Source: Elsinoe ampelina (Eukaryota). Taken from it: 64,000 bases of DNA. This document shows positions 1 to 12,960 of this stretch, one piece after another (within the stretch, counting starts at the first letter, position 1; every line of letters starts with the position of its first letter). The stretch is from contig ML992530.1 of the NCBI GenBank assembly GCA_010093995.1, positions 1-64,000 on the forward strand, read 5' to 3'. Made by a program: the position numbers and the translations under genes. Below the pieces are notes generated by a model that saw nothing but the letters and a program-made list of their open reading frames with translations, did no database searches and was not told where the DNA came from.

Positions 1-347
1 AGCGTTGTTAAGCTATTCGACTCTATATTCTCTCTAGACCTCCAGCCAGCCAATTTTGGTGAGTAGAAGTCGGTGAAGAGTACCGCCAAGCCCGGGGTGG
101 CTCGGTTGAACTCAAAACGACTGTATCAGGCCAAACTTCGGCCGAAGTTTATGCGGCCGCAGACAACTATCGATAAGGACCCTGGGAACTGCCATAGTGA
201 AGGGAGACGTGGACATACAATTAAACATACACCTTTCTCTTTTCAATTGACGTTGTTTGAAACTGCAACCCAAACCATGCGATAGCCGGTGACCAAATCT
301 ACTCTCCATCGATCCATCAGCGCCCCAGGCGCAGCACTGAGCACATC

Positions 348-1652
348 ATGAGTAACAAGCTATGGGAGGTCCGTAAACTCGAGGTCAGACCGCTGCGCAT
401 GTGACAGTCACTCACTCCTCCCAGATTGACCCGCAGACGCAGAGCAAGCTTCAAGAAATCCAGAAGACAAACGAGAACAATAGATGCGTCGACTGCAATG
501 CTCCCAGCCCACAATGGGTGAGCAGTCCCTCAGCCAGGCTCTCCCCAAATAGCTTCTAACGCGACCAGGCCTCACCTAAACTCGGCATCTTCTTCTGCCT
601 ATCATGTTCCGGCGTGCACCGCTCGCTAGGCGTCCATATCTCCTTCGTCCGCTCCATCACCATGGACTCCTTCAAAGTCAACGAGGTCGAGCGAATGGCA
701 AAAGGGGGCAACAAGCCATGGAAAGAGTTCTTCGACGCACACCCCAGCAACAAGGCCGAGGGACGAACATTTGACGACAGCACGATCCAAGAACGGTATG
801 ACAGTGATGCAGGCGAGGAGTGGAAGGACAGATTGACGGCCAAGGTCGAGGGGAAAGAGTATGTGCCTGGCCAGAAGCCGAAGGTGGAACGGAAGAAGCC
901 TGATGTCAGCGCGAATGCCAGTCAGGTGGGGAGCAGAAGTGGTACGCCCCTTGCGAGGGGAGCATCACCCGCTGTTGGGGGCCAGAAAGCGCAGAACGAA
1001 GCATACTTTGCGCGTATGGGTGCGGAGAACGCGAATCGACCCGATGGCGTGGCACCCAGCCAAGGTGGAAAGTACGGTGGTTTTGGCAGCTCGCCCATGC
1101 CAGACAGATCGGATGACCCTGGTGCTGCGCCAAGCGTGAACGACTTCCAGACCGATCCCGTGGGTGCGCTCACGAAAGGGTTCGGTTGGCTGGGCAGCAC
1201 GGTCAGTAAGCAGGCGAATGCTGGCTATAAGGGCTGGCTGCAGCCGAATATGGAGAAGGTCAGTAGTAAATACGAAAGCCATGAGATATGTGCTGACAGA
1301 AAACCAGCTTGCCGCCAGTGACTTTGCGAAGAACGCACAAATGACAGCTGGACAGCTTGGACAGACGATACAAGGAGGAGCAAAGACTGCGGCAACCCAA
1401 TTCAACAACTTCGTCGAAGGCGACCAACGCCCTGGAGCTCGTGGAGGTAGGAGTGCAGCACCCGAGAAGCAAGACTTCTGGGACAGCTTCGGTGATGCAC
1501 CCAAGGGACCGAGCAACGACAAGAAGGACTTCTGGGACGACTTTGCCGCGGCCGGTCAGTCTGCCAAGCCAACAAGTATAGGAACCAGCGCGATGAAGAA
1601 GCCCGGCGCAGATGGAGCCAAGAAAAAGGACGAAGGCTGGGGCGATTGGTAG
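348..1652 (+). CDS. GCS1: ADP-ribosylation factor GTPase-activating protein (ArfGAP, Gcs1-type); 4 exons
   Basis: Spliced model (introns 369-424, 518-568, 1259-1307) gives MSNKLWEIDPQT...[47 protein letters not shown], the ArfGAP C4 zinc finger; acidic-aromatic C-terminus DFWDSF/DEGWGDW. Confidence 0.95.
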
Positions 1653-1794
1653 AAGTAAAGTAGACACATGTTTGGCGTTCAAGGTCGGAGCGAGGTCAGG
1701 GGATAGTCACGTTTTTTTTTGCATGCGTCGGGCATCTGGAACCCCTAGAAGCATCCAGATCTATAGCTCTACAGCCCAAACTCACAATCCCCCT

Positions 1795-2606
1795 TTACAA
1801 AGCCCCCAACTCTTTCAACTTCCCAATCAACCCATCCACATCCTCCACCTTACCCCCACCCTTCCTCACCGGCGGCTCCGTCACCTTGACCGTCTTCAAC
1901 CTCCTCTTGAGATCAATCCCATAATCCTCCAATGCCTTCTTCACCAACGGCTTCTTCTTCGCCTTCATGATATTCGGCAAACTCGCGTACCGCGGCTCAT
2001 TCAGCCTCAAATCCGTCGTCACCACCATGGGCAGTTTCGCCTTCACCGTCTCCACCCCACCATCCACCTCCTTGGTCACCGTGATCTCCTCCCCGTTCAC
2101 CTCCACTTTACTCGCCTGCGTCGCCTGCGCCCACCCCAGTAGACCAGCGAGCATCTGCCCCGTCTGTCCCGCGTCGTCGTCGATGCTTTGTTTCCCGAGG
2201 ATCACGAGGTTGCGGTCTTCGTCTTTGACGACTTGCGCGAGGAGCTTGGCCACCCCAAGGGGCTCGAGCTCTTCCTTCTCTTCGACGACGTGGAGTGCCC
2301 GGTCCGCGCCCATGGCCATCGCTGTGCGGAGCACGTCTTGCGCTTTGGCGGGTCCGGCGGAGAAGGCGAGGATGTCGTCCACGGGCACTTTGCGTTCGCG
2401 CAGCCGGACCGCTTCTTCGATGCTGAGTTCGTCGAAGGGGTTCATGCTGTGTTTGAGGCCTGAGACGTCGACGGCGGTTTGCGTCTTGTTGATGCGGGGC
2501 TTGAGCTGGGGGTCGTCAGTGGGTTGGTGGTGGCTGAGTGATCAGGAGGACGTACGGTGTAGTCCACGACCCGCTTGACGGGAACGAGGATGCGGAGACC
2601 TGACAT
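1795..2606 (-). CDS. CIR1: Electron transfer flavoprotein beta subunit; 2 exons
   Basis: MSGLRILVPVKRVVDY (intron 2506-2555) then SMNPFDELSIEEAVRLRE, ILGKQSIDDD, DLRLNEPRYASLPNIMKAKKKP: classic ETF-beta motifs. Confidence 0.95.
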
Positions 2607-3146
2607 TGTAGCGGTCTTTGGTCAGAGAAAGACGTTTGAAGGTCTGTCGGAGAAGGGAAGAAGTGGTTCGGTTAGAAAAGGATCTCCTCGATTGATGGAT
2701 CGGGAGTCGGAACCAGCTTTGAGTGCGGAGAGCAGAGCCGCACCTCGGCCTATTCGAAAAACATGTGAAGCAACGTTTCGATCAAGAGACTGGAATATCT
2801 CATCGAACAAATTTCACAGATGTACCCACAAGCGACACAAGAAGTCAATTGATCATCAGAAAAAGGCATTGAACTTTTTCGTCATTATCTAATAGTACAT
2901 GCTAAAAGGAGGCTATCACTGAATCAGATACAGCCATTGGAAGAGTACTGGGTTGTCGGCCAAAGGGGTGGAAGGATAATTGACGGGAGTCGAAGGACTT
3001 GACGTGCGACTTGACAATGTTGAGACGAATGTGTGCTTGTGAATCGATTGTGGGGGAAGCATGCTGGTCTGATGAGGATGCTCAGTGGCTGTGATGTCGG
3101 AACGGAGCTACCTCTGGTCAAGGCCGATGTTGGATTTGCTAGTCGT

Positions 3147-4294
3147 TTAAGCAGTCGCGGTGGGAGGAACACTGGCAGAGCCCTCAGCAGTGGAGGGAGC
3201 GGCATCAGTATCGGCGCCGTTCTCGAGAGGAGCGCTTGGGTCCTCATCTTCCTTGCCGGGACTGTCGATTGCGACCTTAACGGCAATCTCGCGACCTTCG
3301 ATTTCCTTGCCGTTCATCTCGGAGCAGGCCTTTTGCTGGAGCTCCTCAGTGGCGAGGGTGACGAAGCCGAAGCCACGACCCTTGCGAGGCTCGTTACGGG
3401 CCTGGAGCTTCTTGATCATGAACTTGGGGATAGGGCGGAGGGCAATCTTGGCGGAAGCGGGCTGGTATGCGGCGAAGAGCTCCATAAGCTTGTCCTCGCG
3501 CATCTCGTAAGGAAGGTTGGCGACCATAACCTTGGTCTTTGATGCGACACCATCCTCTGGTGGACCACGTTGCTTGCGAGGGCGAGTAGCGTTGGTGTTG
3601 CCAGTCTTCGATGGGTCGACGGTTGTGGTACCCGAAGTGCCATTCTCAGTGGCGACAGCCTCATTGGTAGTGTCGGTCAGAGGAAGGACCTGGCCTGGAA
3701 CGTTTGTGGGTCCATTCTCGCCCTCTGCCTTCTCACCACGTCCAGTACGGCCACCACGACCGCCTCGAGCACGACCGCGACCACGGCCACGAGTAGATCC
3801 ACGGCGACGGTTTCCCTCGGCTCCTTCTCCTTCAGCAGCTGGTGTGGTGGTGGCCGGCTCAGGCTTGCGGGCGAGCTGAACGGAAACCTTACGGTCGAGG
3901 ATAGTCTTGCCATTGAGCTCTGCGATGGCGCGTTCGGCCTCGGATGGAGTGGAGACGTCGACAAAGGCGTAGCCGACAGGACGGGTAGTGCGTGGGTTGG
4001 TTGGAATCGATGTAGTCTCACTGGTAATATGTCAGCCAACTCCACAAGCAAAAGACGTGTCCAAACTTACACAAGGTAGTCCTTGAAAAAGTCCTTCAAC
4101 TCTCCCTCAGTGGTCGCGTATGCGAGGTTTCCAATATAAAGCCTCCTGCCCTCAGCGGCGCTCGCAATGACCGCCTCGTTCTGCGATGCATTGATGGGCT
4201 CTCCACCTGCACCGACAGAGGTACCTTCGGCGGTCTTGGAGGGCTCGTTGAGGCCAGTGCTTGCCAGCTGGGCGGATACAGCGTCGACGGACAT
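3147..4294 (-). CDS. RNA-binding protein with two RRM domains and an RG-rich linker; 2 exons
   Basis: RNP2/RNP1 motifs RLYIGNL...VGYAFV (across intron 4021-4070) and VMVANL...GRGFGFV; RGRGRGRARGGRGG linker. Confidence 0.9.
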
Positions 4295-4811
4295 GATTGA
4301 TGTTGTAGTTGAAATGTTTGACGACACGTGGGATCGAGTAGACGATAGGTCTGATGCGCACGTGCGGAAGATTGAAGGAACTGTGCTGTCCTGATGGGAA
4401 CGGTACAGAAGCTTTGACTTGTCGAAGGCCGCCGGAAGTTGGAGGAAACTTGATTTGACGAGGGAGAGTTGGATGGGTAGCTACGTGCCCGAAGAGAGAT
4501 TGGGGGGAGCTTGATTTTGCAACGAGGTGTCGATGAGAAGTGTCTTGATGTTGTCGAAGAAGGGAGAGCGAGACAAGCTGTGCGGCGACAGAAATTCTTC
4601 AGTTGCTCGCAGCTGCTCCCTGGCGAAATTAGCGTGCACCTGCCGTCCAATCAGACACGTCTACTCGAGTCGCCGCTTCCTGCTTGGCGTGGATTCCTGC
4701 CGGACGTCACGTCATCTCCCGGTCTCGAGGAAATCACCTGCTGTCAAATTTCTCCTTTGTGCAAGCGCGGATCTGCTGCTGACTGATTCGTGTTGCCTTG
4801 GTCGCGCCTGG

Positions 4812-6870
4812 ATGCAATCGGAAGGCGCTATAGAGCGAACAGAACCGGCACCTGTTGGTGGCAAACAACAGAATGGGTAAGCCTGGTCTTATTATCTCCG
4901 GTCATGAGTGGATGCTGATGGTCATGTTCAGCTCACAAGGTCGCTCAGCTCTCGTCCTGTACGGATCAGAGACGGGCAATGCTCAAGATGTCGCCGAGGA
5001 GATTGGTAGGCTGACAGAAAGACTTCGATTCGAGACAGTAGTACTTGATCTCGATTCGATAGAGATTGTAGGCAGTTGTGATTAGTTGACTGAATGTTCA
5101 CTGACACGGCTGAAGCGTGATTTGTTGAAATACACTGTTGTAATCATCTCAATATCAACCACAGGCCAAGGAGAATTTCCCCAAAATGCTCGGGCTTTCT
5201 GGAAGACTCTGCTCAGTAGTCGACTGAAACCAGGCATCCTCCGGCGTGTCAGGTTCTCGTCATTCGGACTGGGTGACAGCTCATACCCTAGATACAATGT
5301 CGTGCACCGTATGCTTCATGGACGGCTGTTGCAGCTAGGTGCCCAGTCATTCTGCCAACGTGGCGAGGGGAACGAACAACACCCCGAAGGTCACAGCGCA
5401 GACTTTCGAACTTGGATACTGGACTTGAGACAGAACCTGGAGAAGCATTTTCCTCTGCCAGAAGGGCAAGACATCATACCGGAGAAAACCTTTATCGAGC
5501 CCAAATGGAAACTACAGCTTGCGCCGGTGGCAAAGTCAATGTCCAATGGCACTAGCGAGCCTGCAAAAGCATACGGTAATCCGGACGAGAGTCTGATACC
5601 GATCAGGGACGTTGTGCTTGCAGACCTGACAAGCAATGCGAGATTGACCCCATCTGATCACTTCCAAGATGTGCGTCTGATGGATCTCTCACTACATGCT
5701 CAGATCTCGTACAGTGCCGGTGCAGTAGCAGTCATTTACCCCAAGAATTTCCCAAAGGACGTGGACGACTTCATCAATGAGCAAGGTTGGTCATCCGTAG
5801 CAGATCTACCCATCCAGCTCGTTCCAACTGCGTCAAACACTTCACAAATATCGCCTTCGCCGCTCCGACATATTGAGCTCAGACCGGAAACAACCCTACG
5901 AACACTTCTTACGAACAATCTCGACATTCTCTCAATTCCACGACGATCATTCTTCTCCTCGCTCGCTTACTTCACCCGATGTGGTACCGAAGACGAGCAG
6001 TACCAGCAAGAACGGATTATGGAGCTCGCTAATCCTGAGCTGATCGATGAATTGTGGGACTACACTACCCGACCAAGGAGAACTATCCTAGAGATCATGC
6101 CAGAATTTACTTCAATCAAGATACCCTGGGAGTATGCTTGTTCTGTGCTGCCGATAATGCGAGGTAGACAATTCAGCATCGCTTCTGGTGGTCGATGGAA
6201 AAATGATGAGCTGGACATGGAGAATCGCACAAGAGTACAGCTACTCGTCGCAATCGCTAATCCTCCGAATCCGATCATCAAGTACCGAAAACGGCACGGT
6301 GTATGCACAAGGTATATCGCAACGCTGAGACCCGGTCAGCAACTTAGCATCAGTATGCAAGCAGGATATCTCGGGGTCAAGCCAAAGGACTACGAAGTGC
6401 CTATGATCCTCATAGGGCCGGGGACTGGGCTTGCGCCTATGCGGAGTCTGATATACGAGAGGCTGCAGTGCGCTCAGGAGGGTGGGTTTGACTGTCAGGG
6501 TAGACCACTAGATGGATGCATGCTCTTCTTCGGCTGTCGAAGTCGCAAGGCAGATTACTTCTTCAAGGATGAATGGACAGAATTGAAGGAACAAGGTTTA
6601 CAGACGCATGTTGCGCTCAGCCGGGAAAAGGATGTTCCAAGGAAGTATGTACAGGATTTGATCAAGGAGGAGGCAGACGCAGTTTTCGAGGCCATCGATG
6701 CAAGGATGGGCAAGATCTTTGTATGTGGGTCGTCCGGGAACATGCCAAAAGGTGTGCGGCAGGCATTCGTGGATATTATCAAGGACAAGCAGGGGAGCAG
6801 TGAGGAAGCTGCAGAAGCATATTTGGATAGGCTGGAAAAGCAAGGCAGGTACAAGCAGGAGACATGGTAA
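4812..6870 (+). CDS. TAH18: NADPH-dependent diflavin oxidoreductase 1 (NDOR1/Tah18); 3 exons
   Basis: Flavodoxin motifs VLYGSETGNAQDVAE, STTGQGEFP, FGLGDSSYP; FAD/NADPH motifs RQFSIAS, IGPGTGLAPMRS, FFGCR, KYVQD, VCGSSGNMP, C-terminal QETW; introns about 4877-4932 and 5068-5115. Confidence 0.95.
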
Positions 6871-7149
6871 AAATCACATGTCTTCTCGTTTCCTTTTCGA
6901 TGCCGCCTTGGCAGATTTTGTGACACTTTACCAACCTCGCATCACACTACAAACTCACAAAGCCAATTTTGTGAGGAAATACACCTTGCGACTCCACACA
7001 AAGCACACCCTGCTGCTAACAATCCAGCGACTAACAATCTCGCCGGCCGCTCGCTGCTGCTCTGCTGCTGCTTGCTGCCTTTTCACAAATCGCTGTGGCG
7101 CTTTGACAGAAAACACGTTTCTCACAAAATCACAGTGAAGAATCACACC

Positions 7150-7788
7150 ATGGACGAAGACGTGGACCCACTTGATCTGATTCGCATTTCCGAGGGGGAA
7201 AGGGCTGCAGGCGGCGGCGAATTCGACCAGGAACTCGAAGATCCGGAAGCAGGGGACGAGGCGAGCGAGGGCGAAGACGAATTCAGCGAGGACGATGACA
7301 ACGACAATGACGGTGACGAGGAGAGCAGTGACCAGGATGTCGAGGAAGAGGACGACGAGTCCGATGAAGAAGAGGGGAGCGAGTACGAAAATGTCAACGA
7401 CTTTCCCCTGGCTACCGCCGTCACCCGCGAAACGATCCGCAACCTTCCCACCACTCTCGTCGAAAAGGCCGGCGAAGAATGCATGATCTGCGTCTCCGAT
7501 CTCGCTGTCGACAACATTATCATCACCCTTCCATGCAAGCACTACTTTCACGAAGACTGCCTTGTCCCCTGGCTCCTCCACGCCGGGACCTGTCCAGCGT
7601 GTCGCCGCGTCCTTCCGAAGCACAACGAACATCACCATAACGCCCGCATCAAGAGCGAGGAGAGGGAGGTGCCAGATAGCCGCAGGACTTCGTTGGCTGA
7701 GGCGAGGGTGACCATGGACTGGGAAGTGGCGGACGGAGCGAGCCTCACAGTCGAGCAGGAGGGGATGCTCGAGGAGGACCTGGATTGA
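7150..7788 (+). CDS. RING-H2 finger protein with acidic N-terminus (putative E3 ubiquitin ligase)
   Basis: CMIC...LPCKHYFHEDCLVPWL...TCPACR RING-H2 signature; ATG at 7150 in CACCATGG context; D/E-rich tract. Confidence 0.85.
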   Translation: MDEDVDPLDLIRISEGERAAGGGEFDQELEDPEAGDEASEGEDEFSEDDDNDNDGDEESSDQDVEEEDDESDEEEGSEYENVNDFPLATAVTRETIRNLPTTLVEKAGEECMICVSDLAVDNIIITLPCKHYFHEDCLVPWLLHAGTCPACRRVLPKHNEHHHNARIKSEEREVPDSRRTSLAEARVTMDWEVADGASLTVEQEGMLEEDLD

Positions 7789-8447
7789 CGGTAGATACTA
7801 CCAGGGGCATGGTCGGCACGAGGATAGGAGCGATTCGATAGTCGCGGTCTGGTAGTTTCAATCAAATTTACCTACCACACATCCAGGTCACTGAGAATCA
7901 TGACAATGTGACATGGCTGCGTGATGGTAGTAATCGAGCGGCCAGTACTACTAGGTGGCTGATCAAATGATCTTTCAGGTCACAGGGGTAGATGCAGCTG
8001 GCAGTACCTTTCAATTCTATACCACCAGATAACGAACAAAAAGCTTGTGGTTCCGGTGCGTAGAACTTGTGATGTTATAGACTTTATATGGAGATCAATC
8101 TGACCAATCACAGCGCATTAAAACTGCTTATTTTGAAAAGTCTTGGCTACCCGGATGGACATACAGTGACAGCGTGACTCGAGAGACCTGACCCGGACCA
8201 TCTCAATAACTTACTTTGGTAGACCGTAATCACGCCGACGTCTATTCTTATATTCGGTGAAAAACAAATACAAAATTGTTGCGGATCTCCCGTCCTTGGT
8301 CATTCAACATCGTCCAGCGATATCTTCATTCCAGAGCGCCACCAGCCGAGTGCCGACGCCAGCCGCATTGCGACATGCGATTCTAGAACACAAGTGGACA
8401 CAGAATCGTTGCACAAAGTCCTGAGGGGCGAGATCTTGTCCGACATC

Positions 8448-10124
8448 ATGGGCTTCTCTAACGATACCCGAGGATGGATAATGACTTCTATCAGTGGCGT
8501 TGGTAGGTACAGAGAGGCAGTTTTCGCAAGCCTAGCCTAATCATTCTCAGCATGTGTCTTGGGTGCTGCCATTATCTGCGCCGACATTATTGTTCGACAG
8601 TTTCCCGGCAAGAAGGATTTTCGAATTCAGGATAGCGATGCATTCTTATCAGCATCACTCAGTCTGAGTTTCGGCGTCATGGTATGTGTAATTCCAGGCT
8701 GAGCACGATCTCCACTGATATTGCCACAGCTCTTCTCCGCTCTGTACAAAATGCTTCCGTCTGCGAAGAACTCGTTACATGAGAGCGGTATGAGTCCAAA
8801 GGTTGCTGCATGGGTACTCATCATCTGCTTTATTGGTGGCGCCGCTGGTATCCAACTTGTGTCTCGAGTCTTGCACCACTACATACCCTCTCATGTCGTC
8901 GATTGTGAGCACACACATGACGAAGAGGATCAGAAGGAGCATTCGCATAGCCATAGTCACAGTCCATCCCGCAAATTTCGGCGATCGAAATCATCGAAGA
9001 AGAAGCCACACAGCCGGAGCGAAGCCTGGCCCCCGAACGTCAATGGGAACGCAGAATCACCATCTTACTTTGGCAATGTGCCAGAAACGCCATTTGAGCC
9101 GACGCGAGAGATGATACGGGAGGAGACGTTCACTACAGCTCAGACGAGTCGACCTTCATTACGCTCGCACATTAGCAGAACGCTATCAAAGCTGTCCACT
9201 GCGCCAACAGACGGGTGCAAATGTGACAGCAAAGGTCCCTGCCACGGTTTCACAGATCCTTGTGGCAAGGACTGCTTCAAGATTGTGCAATCAAGGGGCT
9301 CATTCAGCAGCGAACCCGCTAGACCGATTAAAAAAGGCACAAGGCCCAAGATCGATCAATTTCAGTTTCCATCACGGCATACGCATCATGCCGGTGACAG
9401 GCCAGGTGAATCCACGCCGCTTCTGGCAGATATTCGAGAAAGTGGTCACAGTTCGGGAGGCTCTGCGGGTACCCAGACACCGAAGGATGAGCCCGCCGTT
9501 GAGAGCACCGACAATCACAACTCGGAACCAGTCTCTGACTCGAGCACGCTGACCCCGTACGATCACGCAGTCCTACATCGACACAAGACGAGTGCCGTGT
9601 CCGATGTGTCGGTAGAAGAACCACAGCAGCATCATCACCATGTCCCGACGAATGCCTTTCTGTCCATCGGCCTGCAGACCTCGATCGCCATTGCTCTCCA
9701 CAAGCTACCCGAGGGTTTTATCACGTACGCCACGAACCATGCCAATCCGAGGTTAGGCTTCTCCGTGTTTCTCGCACTCTTTATCCACAACATAACCGAA
9801 GGATTCGCCATGGCTCTGCCACTGTACCTCGCTCTTCAGTCGAGGTGGAAGGCCATGGCATGGTCCGCCCTGCTAGGTGGATTCAGCCAGCCATTGGGAG
9901 CCGGCATAGCAGCGCTCTGGTTCAAGATTGCAGGGCACACGAACATGGCGCCTGGGGAAGGTGTCTACGGTGGCATGTTTGCCGTCACGAGTGGTATTAT
10001 GACGAGTGTAGCATTGTCGCTCTTTAGCGAGAGCTTGGATCTCACGCATAGCCGGGGTCTTTGCATGGTGTTTGCTTTCGTAGGCATGGGGATCATGGGG
10101 GTTAGTTCGGCATTGACGGCATAA
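8448..10124 (+). CDS. ZIP-family (ZupT/Zrt3-like) metal transporter; 3 exons
   Basis: N-terminal exons MGFSNDTRGWIMTSISG...FLSASLSLSFGVM; ZIP signature IALHKLPEG and FIHNITEGFAMALP; multiple TM segments and a His-rich loop. Confidence 0.92.
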
Positions 10125-10564
10125 TAACGATGCGATGATTGGGCATAGGATTTCGGGCGGTTGCATGCATAAGCGTGTCTTTTGGTCATGAGAATGGATA
10201 TCATTAGTGCCGCTTTGCAACATCTTATTTTGTGTGAGCACTGTTCCAGATATGTAACCTTCGAGCACGTCTATGAATGACGACGTGGTTGCGACTACTA
10301 GGAGAGATTTGGCTTCGTCTCGTGCTGATGTAGTATGAGATAGTCTATCAGGGAATAATCGTTCGACATCATTTTGTTGTATGGAAATGTGGTGGAGCCG
10401 GCCACCAAAAAGGATGCACTTTGTGGTGACGTTTTGCGAGATTCTCCCACGACCATGCGGATGACTCAATGATTCACACGCATCTTCGGCACCATAATTA
10501 GAGGCGACAAGTTCCCTCTATTTCTCATCGAGAACATACAGCATTTGAGTAAATACAGACAAAT

Positions 10565-12684
10565 ATGGCAAACCCACAAGACCACCCTCTTCTGAAGCGT
10601 CCACTCTACGGTAAGATCCTTCTCTGCCGCCACCCGTGATATACTGACACAGCTTCTTTCCAGTCTTCGATCTTCCGGAAGAACTTTTGTACACCTTACA
10701 ACTACGCGCAGACGTCAATGCTGCAAACGCCGTCATCACAAATGATGCATCTGGGGCGACACCGGCCGATGACCTGAAGACCGAGGCCGACGGAGACATC
10801 CCAGCTGCCCTGTCATGTGCACTCTGTGGCTTGTCCTTTGCGGACCTGAATGGCCAGAGATCTCATGTCAGGTCTGATCTTCACGCGTACAATCTGAAGC
10901 AGAAATTACGGGGGGCAAAGGCAGTGGATGAGAAAGAATTTGATAGGCTTGTGGGAGGTACGTTTTTCCATCAATGATGTGCGAATTGTCACTGACATCG
11001 TCACGCAGAGCTCGATGAGAGTATATCGGGATCAGAATCCTCGTACTCTGGGTCAGACGAGGAAGATGAAGATGATGCGAAGAAGCAATCTACGCTCAGT
11101 GCACTTCTCAAGAAGCAAGCTGCTATCGTAGAAGACTTGGATGGCGAGTTTGTCCCAAAGAAACGACATCGAGGCGCCGGCAAACCTCCTTTGATCTGGT
11201 TCTCGTCCACAAAGCTATCATCAAATGTGTCACTGGGGGTCTACAGGACTATATTCCCGGTCGAGGAGCAGACGGCCGACGGCACAACTTTGGTACAGTC
11301 CTTACAGCGAAGACAGCTGAAGCCAGCAGCGCCGAAGCCCAAGGAAGATAAGGATGAAGACGCCGGTGGCGTTCAGCTCCCGGCGTCTATGCGTCAGCCT
11401 ATAGCCCAAGGACCGCTCTACTTTCTCTGCATGATCGGAGGAGGACATTTTGCCGGGATGATCATATCTTTAACACCTCATGTCACTAGGAAAGGTGGCG
11501 TGGAGGACCGTTCAGCAACTGTAGTTGCTCACAAGACGTTCCACCGATACACTACGAGGCGGAAACAGGGTGGAGCACAGTCTGCCAACGACAACTCAAA
11601 AGGCAACGCACATTCAGCTGGTGCTGGACTTCGTCGATACAACGAGGCGGCCTTGACGACTGATGTGCGGAATCTGCTACAGGAATGGAAACACCTGATA
11701 CAGGCTGCAGAGTTGCTTTTCATACGAGCTACTGGGACTACAAACAGGAGGACGCTTTTCGATGATTACCCCGGGAGTATCTTATCGTCACGAGATCAGA
11801 GAATTAGAGGGTTCCCTTTTTCAACCAGGAGAGCCACCCAGGCAGAGCTAATGAGATGCTTTGTCGAGCTCACTCGGGTCAAAATTACCACAGTCGACGA
11901 GCTCGCTCTGGCACAGAAAGCGGCCGAGGACGCCGCCAGAGCAGAGACCGAAGCTGCATCCTCAAGACCGGCGCCAGCGCCGAAGCCAGCCAAACCGAAG
12001 ATCTCGAAAGAAGAAGAGGAGGGTCTCATACATACGACCCAGCTCCAATCCCTCATCCGCCGCTCCAAAGCCCCAGCCCTGGTATCCTACATGACCTCCA
12101 ACTCCATCTCCCCCAACTTTGAATTCCTACCCAAAGACAAGCCCGAGAACCACCACGCCCCGACCCCACTCCACCTCGCCGCCTCTGTCAACAGCGCCGC
12201 CTGCATCTCCGCCCTCCTCCTCAAAGCCAAAGCCGACCCTACCCTCAAATCCCCAGACGGCAAGACCCCGCACGACCTCGCCGGCGACCGCCCCACACGT
12301 GACGCCTTCCGCCTCGCCCGCTCGACCCTCGGCGAAACAGCCTTCGACTGGGACGTCGCTGGCGTAGGCAGCCCCCTCAGCAAAACCGAGGCCGACGCCC
12401 GCGCGGCGCAGGACAAAGCCGAGGCTGACGCGGCCAAAGCAGTAGAGCAGACGCGACGGCAAGAGGAGCTGGAGAAGTTGCGGCGGGAGGATCGAGAGAA
12501 GGAGGAGGCGGGGAGGGAGAAGAGGTTTGGAAAGGGGAAGAGCTTGGAGGCGGCGGCGCCGAGGCAGATGAGTGCGCAGGAGAGGGCGGAGGAGGAGACG
12601 AGGGGGATGACGCCTGAGATGAGGACGAGGTTGGAGAGGGAGAGGAGGGCGAGGGCGGCGGAGGCGAGGATGAGGGGGAAGTAA
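10565..12684 (+). CDS. VMS1: Vms1/ANKZF1 ribosome quality-control factor (C2H2, VLRF1, ankyrin); 3 exons
   Basis: LLKRPLYVFDLP start, CALC...HVRSDLHAYNLKQK zinc finger, HKTFHRYTTRRKQGGAQSANDNSKGNAHSAGAGLRRYNE VLRF1 loop, TPLHLAA ankyrin, ERERRARAAEAR tail. Confidence 0.95.
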
Positions 12685-12960
12685 TCGAGATGGCATGGTG
12701 ATGGGGCTACGGCTGGTATGTAGCTGACCAGTCTTGACGACCGTCTCGATCCTGAGCTGCTTGGTGTTCCATGACGGACACTGGTCCTCTGAGCAGGACG
12801 AGGACATGCTCTGTTATCTGTCCGTCGAAGGAAGTGCCTGTCCCGAGCAAGCCTTCTCGAGGGGGCGGCCAATCCGTCTTCCCTATTGACTCAAGTGCTC
12901 TCATCGGCAGCAACTTACCTCCTCTAGCTGCTTCTTCACTTCCCATCGTCCAATACAACC

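Noticed and set aside
4295..4811. Short divergent intergenic regions (RRM/TAH18; also CE16/SNX41, PFS2/DGAT, NoxC/CEM1)
   Set aside because: Ordinary for compact fungal genomes; no evident functional link or definable regulatory site
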